From Candidatus Bathyarchaeia archaeon (lineage in GTDB: Archaea > Thermoproteota > Bathyarchaeia > Bathyarchaeales > Bathycorpusculaceae): DNA of 64,000 bases. Numbering within the stretch: the first letter of the stretch is position 1; every line of letters begins with the position of its first letter. A model generated the notes under the pieces. The model saw only the letters and a program-made list of their open reading frames with translations, did no database searches and was not told the DNA's origin. Where the stretch lies: the NCBI GenBank assembly GCA_038882575.1, contig JAVZNZ010000002.1, positions 170,083-234,082 on the forward strand. The letters are read 5' to 3'. A program made the translations under genes and the position numbers. This document shows positions 36,760-45,156 of the stretch, piece by piece.

Positions 36760-37911
36760 TTAACGCTTAACGTTAATATAGAATTTTTCCACGATTCCTC
36801 GCGCCTTTTCCCGTTTTCTTCTGTGTTCGATGAGAAACTTGTTAACTCTTTCAGCCAAGTCTGTTTTGCATTCGCCGCACAACAGTTCGCCTTTTCTACA
36901 CCGCATTTCCCTTTCACTCAACTTTTTGTCGTCTTCCTCAAAAAGAAAAACATAATATTGAAAGACAGTGCATATGCTCGGGTCACCGCCAAGCTTTCTT
37001 TGCTCTTCAACTGTTGCCCTTCCACCAGTGAAGGCGTTCCAAATCTTGCGTTTAACAACCTCTGGAGGGTCTATTACAAATATGGAGGTTTCAGGTTCTG
37101 AAGCGCTCATTTTTCCGCCAACGCCCAGCCCCGGTAGAAAGCGGCAGTGGATTTGAGCTGGCTTGTAGTAGCCCAATTTTGTGGCGATGTCGCGTGTTAC
37201 TCTCCAATATGGGTCTTGGTCTATTGCGGCCGGGATTAAGGCGGGAACATTTTCTCCAGTTAACTTCGCATGAATGAAGCATGGCACAGCTTGGATTGCT
37301 GGCCAGAAAACCCAACCTATGTTTGTGCTTTCTTGAAAGCCGAATGTCGCCCTTGCAGTTGAGTATGTAATGCGTTTCGCAACTTTCAAGGCAATGTCAT
37401 ATAATAGTGCGATGTCTTTAACATCAAAAATTATATGCGTGTTTTTCGGTTCAAAACCCAGGGCAATCAAATCCAACGCATTTTCATAAGCAAAATTCTT
37501 GGTTTCCTCAAGCTCAAGTTCGTCGTCAACCAAAAACTTTTCATCATCAGTCATTTGGAAGTAAAGTTTTGTGTCAAATTTCTCTTGAAGATGCCTCGTA
37601 AATATCCATGGGATTAAATGGCCTATGTGAACGGGTCCTGAAGGGCCTCTGCCAGTATACAAAACAAATTTTATGCCCTTATCGTATAAGTCTAGGACAA
37701 CATCCAAATCGCGGTGTGAGAAGAATAGGTTTCTGCGGAGTTGAAGGTGAAGTTCACCAGTGTATTTGGCTATTCTCTTTAATAGCTCTTCAGTTATGGG
37801 TTGGGTTCCAAACTCGCGTATTAAACGCTCGTAGTCAACTTTACCCCTAACTTCCCATGGTGTGACAACCATCTCATTTCTTTCTTCTTTAGCCAATTTA
37901 CCGCCATCCAT
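36760..37911 (-). CDS. trpS: Tryptophanyl-tRNA synthetase (archaeal type)
   Basis: VTPWEVRGKVDYERLIREFGT, YTGRGPSGPVHIGHL (HIGH region), KMSAS (KMSKS variant). 383 aa. Confidence 0.9.
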   Translation of the reverse strand: MDGGKLAKEERNEMVVTPWEVRGKVDYERLIREFGTQPITEELLKRIAKYTGELHLQLRRNLFFSHRDLDVVLDLYDKGIKFVLYTGRGPSGPVHIGHLIPWIFTRHLQEKFDTKLYFQMTDDEKFLVDDELELEETKNFAYENALDLIALGFEPKNTHIIFDVKDIALLYDIALKVAKRITYSTARATFGFQESTNIGWVFWPAIQAVPCFIHAKLTGENVPALIPAAIDQDPYWRVTRDIATKLGYYKPAQIHCRFLPGLGVGGKMSASEPETSIFVIDPPEVVKRKIWNAFTGGRATVEEQRKLGGDPSICTVFQYYVFLFEEDDKKLSEREMRCRKGELLCGECKTDLAERVNKFLIEHRRKREKARGIVEKFYINVKR

Positions 37912-38172
37912 TACTCTTTGGCTTCCTAAATAAAATCCGTTAAAACGTATTAAGTTTTATGACAACACCTTCAAGCGAGTTCTGTTGGCTTTTGAGGAAT
38001 AACCCATAAATATTATTTCTGCATTTTTGGTTTTGACGGTGAAGTGATGCCTCGCCAATTTACATAACTTCCGTTTGGCTGTTCGTCGATAAAGAAGTGT
38101 GTAACCTAAAATTTTTCCAAGAGCTTTTAAGTCAACAATGCCAAATCATTCTGCCAACATTTAAAAGGCAAG

Positions 38173-39699
38173 TTGGGAGAGGCACAGTCTATGAGTGAGC
38201 TTCGTTTACCCGAACAGAAAACGTTGCTGGCGCTAAAAGCTTTGGATGGCAAAGCCTCGGTTGAAAAAATAGTGGAGGAAAGCGGCTTAGCCCACGCCGC
38301 AGTAATGCGGGCGGCTCTAACACTTTCAACAAAAAACTTAGTGAAAATACATGAACAAAAACGAACTATTGTAAACTTAAACAGCGAAGGGCTTCATTAC
38401 GCAAGGGTCGGGCTGCCGGAAAGGCGCCTTCTACGCGCCATAATAAAATTAGGCGGCCAAGCAACCATCGAGGATGCCGCCAGAGAAGCCAAACTTGAAA
38501 GCCAATTTGTTCCAATTGCCCTTGGGTGGCTGGCCCGAAAAAACTGGGGGACAGTGAAAGGGAAAATTTGTGTTTTAAAAAGCCTTGAAGAACCACCACC
38601 TGGAAGCGATGAAAACCTTCTTGATTTAATCTCTAGAGCAGCCACTGTCACTTTAGAGGAACTAAATAAAGAACAGCTAGAAGCCACCACTTTATTGAAG
38701 AAGCGCAAGTTGGTGAAGTTAGAAGACAAAATCCTACGCGAACTTGAACTAACACCAAAGGGCTGGGCCCTCATTCAAAAAGGGTTGAAGGTTGCAGCTG
38801 AAATAACCCAGTTGACGCCAGAGCTTATAATAACCAAAAAATGGCAGCAAGTAAAACTTGCAAAATTCGATGTAACCTCACCCACGCCAGTGGTTTATCC
38901 GGGTAAAATTCATCCATTACAGCAAATAATCCAACGCGCCCGCGAAATATTCCTTGAAATGGGCTTCACGGAAATCCGTGGGCCTTTAGTTGAGACTGCC
39001 TTCTGGAATTTCGATGCACTTTTCCAACCTCAAGACCACCCGGCCAGGGAGATGATGGACACCTTTTATTTGGCTAACCCCAAATCTGGAAAACTGCCTT
39101 CAAAGGCTGTTGTGGATGCTGTTGCAAAGGTGCATGAGGATGGTTGGACGACTGGCTCTAAGGGCTGGGGTTACAAGTGGAGCTATGAAGAGGCTAAGAG
39201 GCTTGTTTTGAGAACCCACACGACGGCTGAAACAATAAAATACCTTTCACAGCACAAAAAGCCTCCAATAAAAGTTTTTTCAGTCGACAGAGTTTACAGA
39301 AACGAGCAGGTCACATACAAGAATATTCCGGAGTTTCATCAAATAGAGGGCATAGTCTGCGACAAAAACGTGACCCTCAGGGATTTGATGGGAACACTCA
39401 AAACATTCTACGCGAAATTCGGTTTAAAAGAGGTGAAGTTTTGGCCCTGCTATTTCCCCTACACCGAACCATCCGCCCAAGCAGTAGTTTACCATCCAAA
39501 ACTCAAACGTTGGATTGAACTCTGCGGAATGGGAATATTCAGACCAGAAGTCCTAGCCCCAGTAGGCATCAAGTATCCGGTATTGGCTTGGGGAGGCGGT
39601 CTCGAACGTCTCGCCATGATTGAACTCGGCTTAGAAGATATTAGGCTTCTTTATGGCAACAATCTTGAATGGATTAGGAGGACACCAATATGCCTGTAA
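38173..39699 (+). CDS. pheS: Phenylalanyl-tRNA synthetase alpha subunit
   Basis: Class II core FQPQDHPAREMMDTFY, RTHTTA, FRNE..., GGGLERLAM, with N-terminal winged-helix repeats. An alternative ATG start is at 38191. Confidence 0.9.
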   Translation: MGEAQSMSELRLPEQKTLLALKALDGKASVEKIVEESGLAHAAVMRAALTLSTKNLVKIHEQKRTIVNLNSEGLHYARVGLPERRLLRAIIKLGGQATIEDAAREAKLESQFVPIALGWLARKNWGTVKGKICVLKSLEEPPPGSDENLLDLISRAATVTLEELNKEQLEATTLLKKRKLVKLEDKILRELELTPKGWALIQKGLKVAAEITQLTPELIITKKWQQVKLAKFDVTSPTPVVYPGKIHPLQQIIQRAREIFLEMGFTEIRGPLVETAFWNFDALFQPQDHPAREMMDTFYLANPKSGKLPSKAVVDAVAKVHEDGWTTGSKGWGYKWSYEEAKRLVLRTHTTAETIKYLSQHKKPPIKVFSVDRVYRNEQVTYKNIPEFHQIEGIVCDKNVTLRDLMGTLKTFYAKFGLKEVKFWPCYFPYTEPSAQAVVYHPKLKRWIELCGMGIFRPEVLAPVGIKYPVLAWGGGLERLAMIELGLEDIRLLYGNNLEWIRRTPICL

Positions 39700-41360
39700 T
39701 AACACTCCATGAGGAAAGATTTTCAAAGTTTTTAGGAAAGAAAGTGACAGTTAAAGAATTGGTCGACTGGCTGCCTTGGATAGGCTTTGACATCGAAGAA
39801 GTTGGCGAAAACTACGTTAAAGTTGAATATAACCCCAACAGGATAGACTTCTGCAGTTATGCTGGGGTTGCGAGGGCCCTTAAAGGCTTTCTTGGAACAG
39901 AGGTTGGCATGCCAAAATACGAGGCTGAAGAACCAAAAACAACGCTTATCGTGGATAAAGCTGTCGAAAATGTTAGGCCCTACATGCTTGCTGCGGTTGT
40001 CCGCGATATTAAACTTGACGAAGATTCCGTTGTCGAATTAATGGAGATGCAAGAAGACCTCCACTGGGGTTTAGGAAGGGATAGAAAGAAAGTTTCCATC
40101 GGAATACATAATTTAGATGTTGTTAAGCCTCCGTTCACGTATACCGCCGTTGAACCCGAAAGCGTTAAGTTTGTTCCATTAGGCAAAACCGAAGAAATGA
40201 ATTTGAAAGAAATTTTAGAGAAACACGAAAAAGGCTTAGCCTACCGCCACCTCATCGACTGGGCTCCAAAATATCCGCTTCTCATAGACAGAGATGGCGC
40301 AGTGCTTTCAATGCCTCCAATAATAAATGGGGAATTAACACGGGTTTCCGCAGCAACAACCAACCTCTTTTTGGATATAACTGGAACAAGCTATGGGGCT
40401 GTAGAAAAGAGTTTAGAAGTGCTTGTAACGGCTTTGGCTGACATGGGCGGTAAAATAGAGAAAGTCAACGTAAAATATTTTGACCGCACCATAGTGTCTC
40501 CAAGCTTGAAGCCAGAAAAGATGAAGCTAAGAATTGATTATGCTAATAGGCTGCTTGGTTTGAGGCTTTCTGAGGCTGAGGTTGTGGAGTGTTTGAGGAA
40601 ATGTCGGCTTGAAGTGAAAAGTGTGGATAAGGGCGTGTTTGAGGTTTTTGTCCCCACATATCGTATTGACATATTGCATGAGGTTGATTTGGTTGAAGAA
40701 GTCGCCATAGGCTTTGGTTATTATAGGCTTAAGCCCACAATACCGAAGGCCGTAACCGTCGGCGAGCAGCACCCAATCCAAAGACTTGCAAACATAGTTC
40801 GTCAAATAATGGTTGGTCTAGGTTTTTCAGAAGCCATGAACTTCACGCTAACCAATGAGCGGGTTCACTGCCAAAATATGCGAATGAAGGAAAACAGCCT
40901 CGTAAAAATCGCCAACCCAGTTTCAAACGAATACACAATAATGAGGCAATCGCTTTTGCCGGGACTGCTGAAAAACCTCGCCGACAACAAACATGAAAGC
41001 TTCCCCCAAAGGCTTTTTGAAGTTTCAGACATAACAAAGATAAATGCTAGGCTAGAAACAATGTGTGAAAGAAGACTGTTTTTGGCCGCCGTCTCTTCAC
41101 ATTCAACAGCAAACTATACAGAAATAAAATCCTACGTTGAGGCACTCTTATCTAACATGAACTTGAAAAACTGGCAAATTAAAAGGGCAAAACACCCAAG
41201 CTTCTTAGAGGGAAGAACAGCAGCCATCCACGTAAACAAAAAACAAGCTGGAGTTTTAGGCGAAATCCACCCGCAAGTCCTAAACAACTTTGAACTCGAA
41301 AACCCAACAGCAGCCTTCGAAATAGACCTCGAACTGCTCATCGCTAAAAATCGCAAATGA
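39690..41360 (+). CDS. pheT: Phenylalanyl-tRNA synthetase beta subunit (archaeal)
   Basis: Overlaps the pheS stop. N-terminal MPVITL...EVGENYVKVEYNPNRIDFCSYAGVARAL (B3/4 domain). 556 aa. Confidence 0.9.
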   Translation: MPVITLHEERFSKFLGKKVTVKELVDWLPWIGFDIEEVGENYVKVEYNPNRIDFCSYAGVARALKGFLGTEVGMPKYEAEEPKTTLIVDKAVENVRPYMLAAVVRDIKLDEDSVVELMEMQEDLHWGLGRDRKKVSIGIHNLDVVKPPFTYTAVEPESVKFVPLGKTEEMNLKEILEKHEKGLAYRHLIDWAPKYPLLIDRDGAVLSMPPIINGELTRVSAATTNLFLDITGTSYGAVEKSLEVLVTALADMGGKIEKVNVKYFDRTIVSPSLKPEKMKLRIDYANRLLGLRLSEAEVVECLRKCRLEVKSVDKGVFEVFVPTYRIDILHEVDLVEEVAIGFGYYRLKPTIPKAVTVGEQHPIQRLANIVRQIMVGLGFSEAMNFTLTNERVHCQNMRMKENSLVKIANPVSNEYTIMRQSLLPGLLKNLADNKHESFPQRLFEVSDITKINARLETMCERRLFLAAVSSHSTANYTEIKSYVEALLSNMNLKNWQIKRAKHPSFLEGRTAAIHVNKKQAGVLGEIHPQVLNNFELENPTAAFEIDLELLIAKNRK

Positions 41361-41535
41361 TCAAAATATTTAATCAAAAGTTCATTAATGTCTCCTAACA
41401 ACAACTATGTTTTAATTAAGAAAGTTTTCTTCATGTTCTAAACTTTAGAATTATATCGAACATCAGCCACTTCGGTATCGGGTAGGTAAACTGTCTGCAA
41501 TAAACAAAATTTTAATTTTTGTTTTCTTAGCCGCT

Positions 41536-41856
41536 TTGTCGATTTACGTGGCCCTCTACACTATTTCAGCCCACTATGTAGCCGACAGATGGGCATTAGA
41601 TTCCGGTTGGCGCTATGCAGGAACCATTAATGATGCATCATTTTTCCCTTGGCCTAGAGGCCCCAAAGGCATTCTTCTTCCAGTAATCACCAAAATGAAC
41701 CCCACAGATGAATTCATTTATTTATACCTCATAAAGACTGGAATCCTAATCTTAATCTGTCTAGGTTTATGGCTGCTCACAATTGTTTATTGCTTTAGGG
41801 CCATTCTGCCTTTAATAAAAGCCTGGAAACTAGACAAAAGTAAAGCGAGAATCTAA
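41536..41856 (+). CDS. Small hypothetical membrane protein
   Basis: 106-aa ORF (TTG start) with a C-terminal TM segment GILILICLGLWLLTIVYCF. No recognisable family. Confidence 0.4.
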   Translation: MSIYVALYTISAHYVADRWALDSGWRYAGTINDASFFPWPRGPKGILLPVITKMNPTDEFIYLYLIKTGILILICLGLWLLTIVYCFRAILPLIKAWKLDKSKARI

Positions 41857-41913
41857 GAAGGCGCGTGGAAAATAGGCTGTAAAACATTCCCAAATTTTAG
41901 AAGCGAAAAGATG

Positions 41914-42291
41914 TTATAGAATCATTAGTTCTAGCGGTACGAGTTTTCCGCTTACAGGGTCAACTTGCAAACCCAAAAGTTCAAGTGTTGTTACGCCTAA
42001 AAGAATTGGTGTGCGCTCATCTGCAATGGCAACAAGGGACGTTACACCCTCCCCTTCTATGGTTATGTAGGCTTCTGAAACCGGAAACTCCACAACACCT
42101 CCATCAGCCGTTTTAAATTTCCGTCTGCCCAGCTCCTTCAGTTTGAGCCCTTCAGCAACACTTTTAGGAATAACTGTGTAAATTGCGCCGGTATTCACAA
42201 TAAACTCCAACTCCCTTTTCAAATTGCGTTCTGTCGGATTTGCAATAGAGCCTCGAACTCTAACGTAACCCATTCCCATAACCGTAGACAA
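41914..42291 (-). CDS. Retropepsin-like (clan AA) aspartic-protease-fold protein with Asn in place of the catalytic Asp
   Basis: 125 aa. FIVNTGAIYTVIP aligns to the family hhVDTGAs.thh motif. C-terminal LLGVTTLELLGLQVDP matches the dimerisation strand pattern. Confidence 0.65.
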   Translation of the reverse strand: MSTVMGMGYVRVRGSIANPTERNLKRELEFIVNTGAIYTVIPKSVAEGLKLKELGRRKFKTADGGVVEFPVSEAYITIEGEGVTSLVAIADERTPILLGVTTLELLGLQVDPVSGKLVPLELMIL

Positions 42292-42387
42292 TTAAGTTAA
42301 TCAACAATAAAAGGATTAACCGCCCATAAACATCCCGCGTTTTAAGAGCAACATTTAATTCTACAAAGGCTTTAGACTATTTTGGCA

Positions 42388-42630
42388 ATGACCCGCCCTT
42401 TTGCGTGAGCCCCTTTCTGAATCCCACCGGCAACATCCATGCCGACGGACCCAACAGAAAAGGCAAGATGGCAAATCTTGCCCGATATGATGGCGGGTTT
42501 ACCCAGGCATGGGACACGGTGGGCGCGGGCGCAAAATCCCACGTCGGAGAGAGCTTAACCGAGGGGAGCGTGTGGCTCCACAATGAAGTTAAGTGATAGG
42601 TATCGTGGGAAACAAAGGGCGCCCGCGATA
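42388..42630. ncRNA. Candidate structured non-coding RNA of unknown class (strand unresolved, slight preference for +)
   Basis: G+C-rich island in an otherwise A+T-rich spacer. Multiple 5-8 bp complementary pairs: 42423-29/42517-23, 42437-43/42506-12, 42462-69/42475-82, 42525-32/42619-26, 42538-43/42604-09, 42565-69/42575-79, and 42391-97/42492-98, which crosses the first two. The overlapping ORFs have non-protein-like composition. Confidence 0.45.
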
Positions 42631-42672
42631 ACTCAATCATAAGGAAACCGAAAAGATAATTTTGGAAAAGCC

Positions 42673-43017
42673 ATGAATTTTAATGGGAAGGCTATGGGGT
42701 TCGACTTCAAAATTTTCTTGCCAATCTTGTTTCTGATTTTTGTTGTGGGTTTTCATTTTATGGGGTTCACCCATTTTATTGTATGCCCCAAATGTGATGG
42801 CAGCGGCGAGAGATGGGACCAATGATATGATTTCTATCAAAATACATGGGTGCAAGGTTACCGCGCATGCCCAACTTGTGGCGGAAGCGGGAAGGTGTGG
42901 ATGTACTCTGCCATGAGTATAACCCTTATATCATTTGTTGCTTGCGTCTTCTGCTTTATCATATTTTTTGGTTTAGAATACATTGTCGTGTCTATTCAGC
43001 TTGAAAGAAATCCTTGA
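42673..43017 (+). pseudogene. Small two-TM protein with two DnaJ-type CxxCxGxG zinc-finger motifs, interrupted by an in-frame TGA at 42823-42825 (pseudogene versus read-through/recoding unresolved)
   Basis: Hand translation: MNFNGKAMGFDFKIFLPILFLIFVVGFHFMGFTHFIVCPKCDGSGERWDQ*YDFYQNTWVQGYRACPTCGGSGKVWMYSAMSITLISFVACVFCFIIFFGLEYIVVSIQLERNP*. Both halves are in the same frame. Confidence 0.55.
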
Positions 43018-43125
43018 GTTAAAGATGTTAAAGAAATGAATTTTTGGTTTAACCCAGCATATTTCTTATGGCTCTTCCACACGAACAGAAGGAAATAGTC
43101 CAAATTTGTCACGGCAATAGCTTTA

Positions 43126-43416
43126 GTGGCCACAGTAATAGTCGTGTTGGATTTTGGGCTTATACTGGCGCCCACATCAACGGCCCTAACCCTAATGTCG
43201 CACATGACCAACAGCGATTTTTTCACTGGTTTGCTAGTTGGAATAGCCTTGTTAATTCCCTTCGCCGTGGCATGGAATCAAGATTACGAAAAGTGGGCTC
43301 CTAAACAAACAGGGATGCCGAAATCGTTCCTAAAAAGATGTGTAAAATGCAACAAAGAAATTCCAATAGCCTCAGAGGAATGCCCATATTGCGGACAAAG
43401 ACAGACACCCAACTAA
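43126..43416 (+). CDS. Small membrane protein with C-terminal zinc ribbon
   Basis: Two hydrophobic helices, then CVKCNKEIP...CPYCGQ. 96 aa. Confidence 0.6.
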   Translation: MATVIVVLDFGLILAPTSTALTLMSHMTNSDFFTGLLVGIALLIPFAVAWNQDYEKWAPKQTGMPKSFLKRCVKCNKEIPIASEECPYCGQRQTPN

Positions 43417-43469
43417 GAAACAGCTTTTAAGTTCGGCTTTGCATAAAATTTTCGAAGGCTTGATAGGGC

Positions 43470-44546
43470 TTGGACATAGAAACAAAAATAGACTTGATTA
43501 AAAGGCCGCCCACCGAGGAAATCCTTGTCGAAAGTGAGCTACGGGAGCTTCTAGAAACTAATGAGCATCCGGGGCATTACATAGGCTTTGAAATTTCAGG
43601 CTTGCTGCATTTGGGAAACCTTGTGATTTCCGGCTTCAAAATAAACGATTTTATGAAGGCTGGAATAAGATGTCAAGCTTATTTGGCGGACTGGCACAGC
43701 TTCATCAACGACAAGTTCGGCGGAGATTGGGATAAGATTTTGAAAGCCGCAAAATACTATGAGAAAGCCTTCAAATTTTTCTGTCCCGGAGTTAAGGTTG
43801 TTTTAGGCTCCGAATTATACAGCAAAAATCTTGAGTATTGGAGAAACGTAATAAAATTTTCTAAGCACATGACAATCGCCAGAAGCCTAAGATGCATGAC
43901 AATAATGGGGAGAAGCGAATCAGAAAAACTAGACCTAGCCCAATACTTTTATCCGCCCATGCAAGCCGTAGACATAAAAGAAATAGGTGCGGATATTCCC
44001 CACGGAGGCATGGACCAAAGAAAAGCCCATGTCTTGGCTAGGGAAATCTTTCCAAAAATGGGATGGAAAAAACCCGTTGCAGTCCACCACCACCTGCTAA
44101 TGGGAATTGCAAAACCAGCAACCCTAAAAACAAAGGATAAATTGGAGCAGGTGATAGCAAGCAAAATGAGCAAGTCCAAGCCTTGGACAGCAATATTCAT
44201 TCACGACACAGAAGAGGAAATAAGGGCGAAGCTTCAAAAGGCCTGGTGTCCAGAAAAGCAGACGGAATCGAATCCTATACTTGAGATTGTAAAATACATA
44301 ATTTTCCATGAAAGAGAAACATTCGAAATAGAGAGACCGGCAAAATTCGGCGGCACAGTGCAGTTCCAAAGCTATGAAGAACTGGAAAAAGCCTACAGAA
44401 ACGGTGCCATACACCCCCAAGACTTAAAAAACGCTGTGGCAAAAGAAATGGCAAAAATTCTAGAGCCAATAAGAAAATATTTTGAGTCCGACAAAGAGGC
44501 AAGGGAATGCCTAGAAGTTGTAAAAAGGGCTGAAGTGACAAGGTAA
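43470..44546 (+). CDS. tyrS: Tyrosyl-tRNA synthetase (archaeal type)
   Basis: HLGNL (HIGH region), KMSKSKP (KMSKS). N-terminal IKRPPTEEILVESELRELL typical of archaeal TyrRS. TTG start. Confidence 0.85.
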   Translation: MDIETKIDLIKRPPTEEILVESELRELLETNEHPGHYIGFEISGLLHLGNLVISGFKINDFMKAGIRCQAYLADWHSFINDKFGGDWDKILKAAKYYEKAFKFFCPGVKVVLGSELYSKNLEYWRNVIKFSKHMTIARSLRCMTIMGRSESEKLDLAQYFYPPMQAVDIKEIGADIPHGGMDQRKAHVLAREIFPKMGWKKPVAVHHHLLMGIAKPATLKTKDKLEQVIASKMSKSKPWTAIFIHDTEEEIRAKLQKAWCPEKQTESNPILEIVKYIIFHERETFEIERPAKFGGTVQFQSYEELEKAYRNGAIHPQDLKNAVAKEMAKILEPIRKYFESDKEARECLEVVKRAEVTR

Positions 44547-44552
44547 CAACCT

Positions 44553-44981
44553 TTGTCAACACGCATAAAAGAAAAATTGGAAAAAATCCTCGAAATTTTG
44601 GAACAGTTAATCGAAGAATCTGCGAAAGGAACACCCATAATAGTGGAAGGTAAAAAGGATGTTGAAACCCTAAGGTTTTTGGGCGTTAAGGGGAAGGTAA
44701 TTGCGGCGAAAACCGGAAGAAAATCCCTCTTAGACGTTGTCTCTGAAATAGAAGAGATGAAAGTCAACGAAATCATACTACTATTGGACTTTGACAGACG
44801 CGGAAAGGAATTAACCAAAAGCCTAAGGAAATCTTTGGAAAAGGTGGGGGTTAAGCTAAACTTTGGCTTCTGGGATTCGCTTTCTACTTTGATAGGTAAA
44901 GAAGTGAAGGATGTTGAAGGTCTAGCAAAATACATGAAAACTTTGAGGCGGAAAACTGGCGAGCCATTGTCTGCATTTTAA
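44553..44981 (+). CDS. Small Toprim-domain protein
   Basis: PIIVEGKKDVETLRFLG (Toprim Glu) and LLLDFDRRGKEL (DxD-type acidic cluster). 142 aa. Confidence 0.75.
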   Translation: MSTRIKEKLEKILEILEQLIEESAKGTPIIVEGKKDVETLRFLGVKGKVIAAKTGRKSLLDVVSEIEEMKVNEIILLLDFDRRGKELTKSLRKSLEKVGVKLNFGFWDSLSTLIGKEVKDVEGLAKYMKTLRRKTGEPLSAF

Positions 44982-45156
44982 GTTATGTTAGACCTTTAAT
45001 TTAAGGAAACCTTAAAGAGGGAGATTTGTAATTCATAAAAGTAATAAATGTAAAAAATAAACTGTGGTTGAGAGTTTCATAACCCTCATCTACAATGACA
45101 CTAACCTAAAATGATAAATTTGGAGGTGGACGCTTACGGGTTCATCACAAACATTT

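Noticed and set aside
42388-42630. Calling this element SRP (7S) RNA or a second RNase P RNA
   Set aside because: I could not find the helix-8 GNAR tetraloop with flanking AGCA/GGU loops or the Alu-domain UGUAAC motif on either strand. A convincing RNase P RNA already exists at 53719-54036. It is therefore kept only as an unclassified RNA candidate.
42377-42640. 87-aa minus-strand ORF and 63-aa plus-strand ORF (42405-42596) as protein genes
   Set aside because: Both lie inside the G+C-rich self-complementary block. Their translations are Pro/Ser/Trp/His-rich with no domain pattern and no plausible start context. The open frames are better explained as a by-product of a structured RNA.
42823-42825. 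Selenocysteine as the primary explanation of the in-frame TGA
   Set aside because: No SECIS-like GC-rich hairpin with a GAA/A internal loop is visible in the 3' flank. The residue context (WDQ_YDF) is not a redox Cys/Sec-type site, and the inferred lineage is not known for Sec use. It is retained only as an alternative to test.
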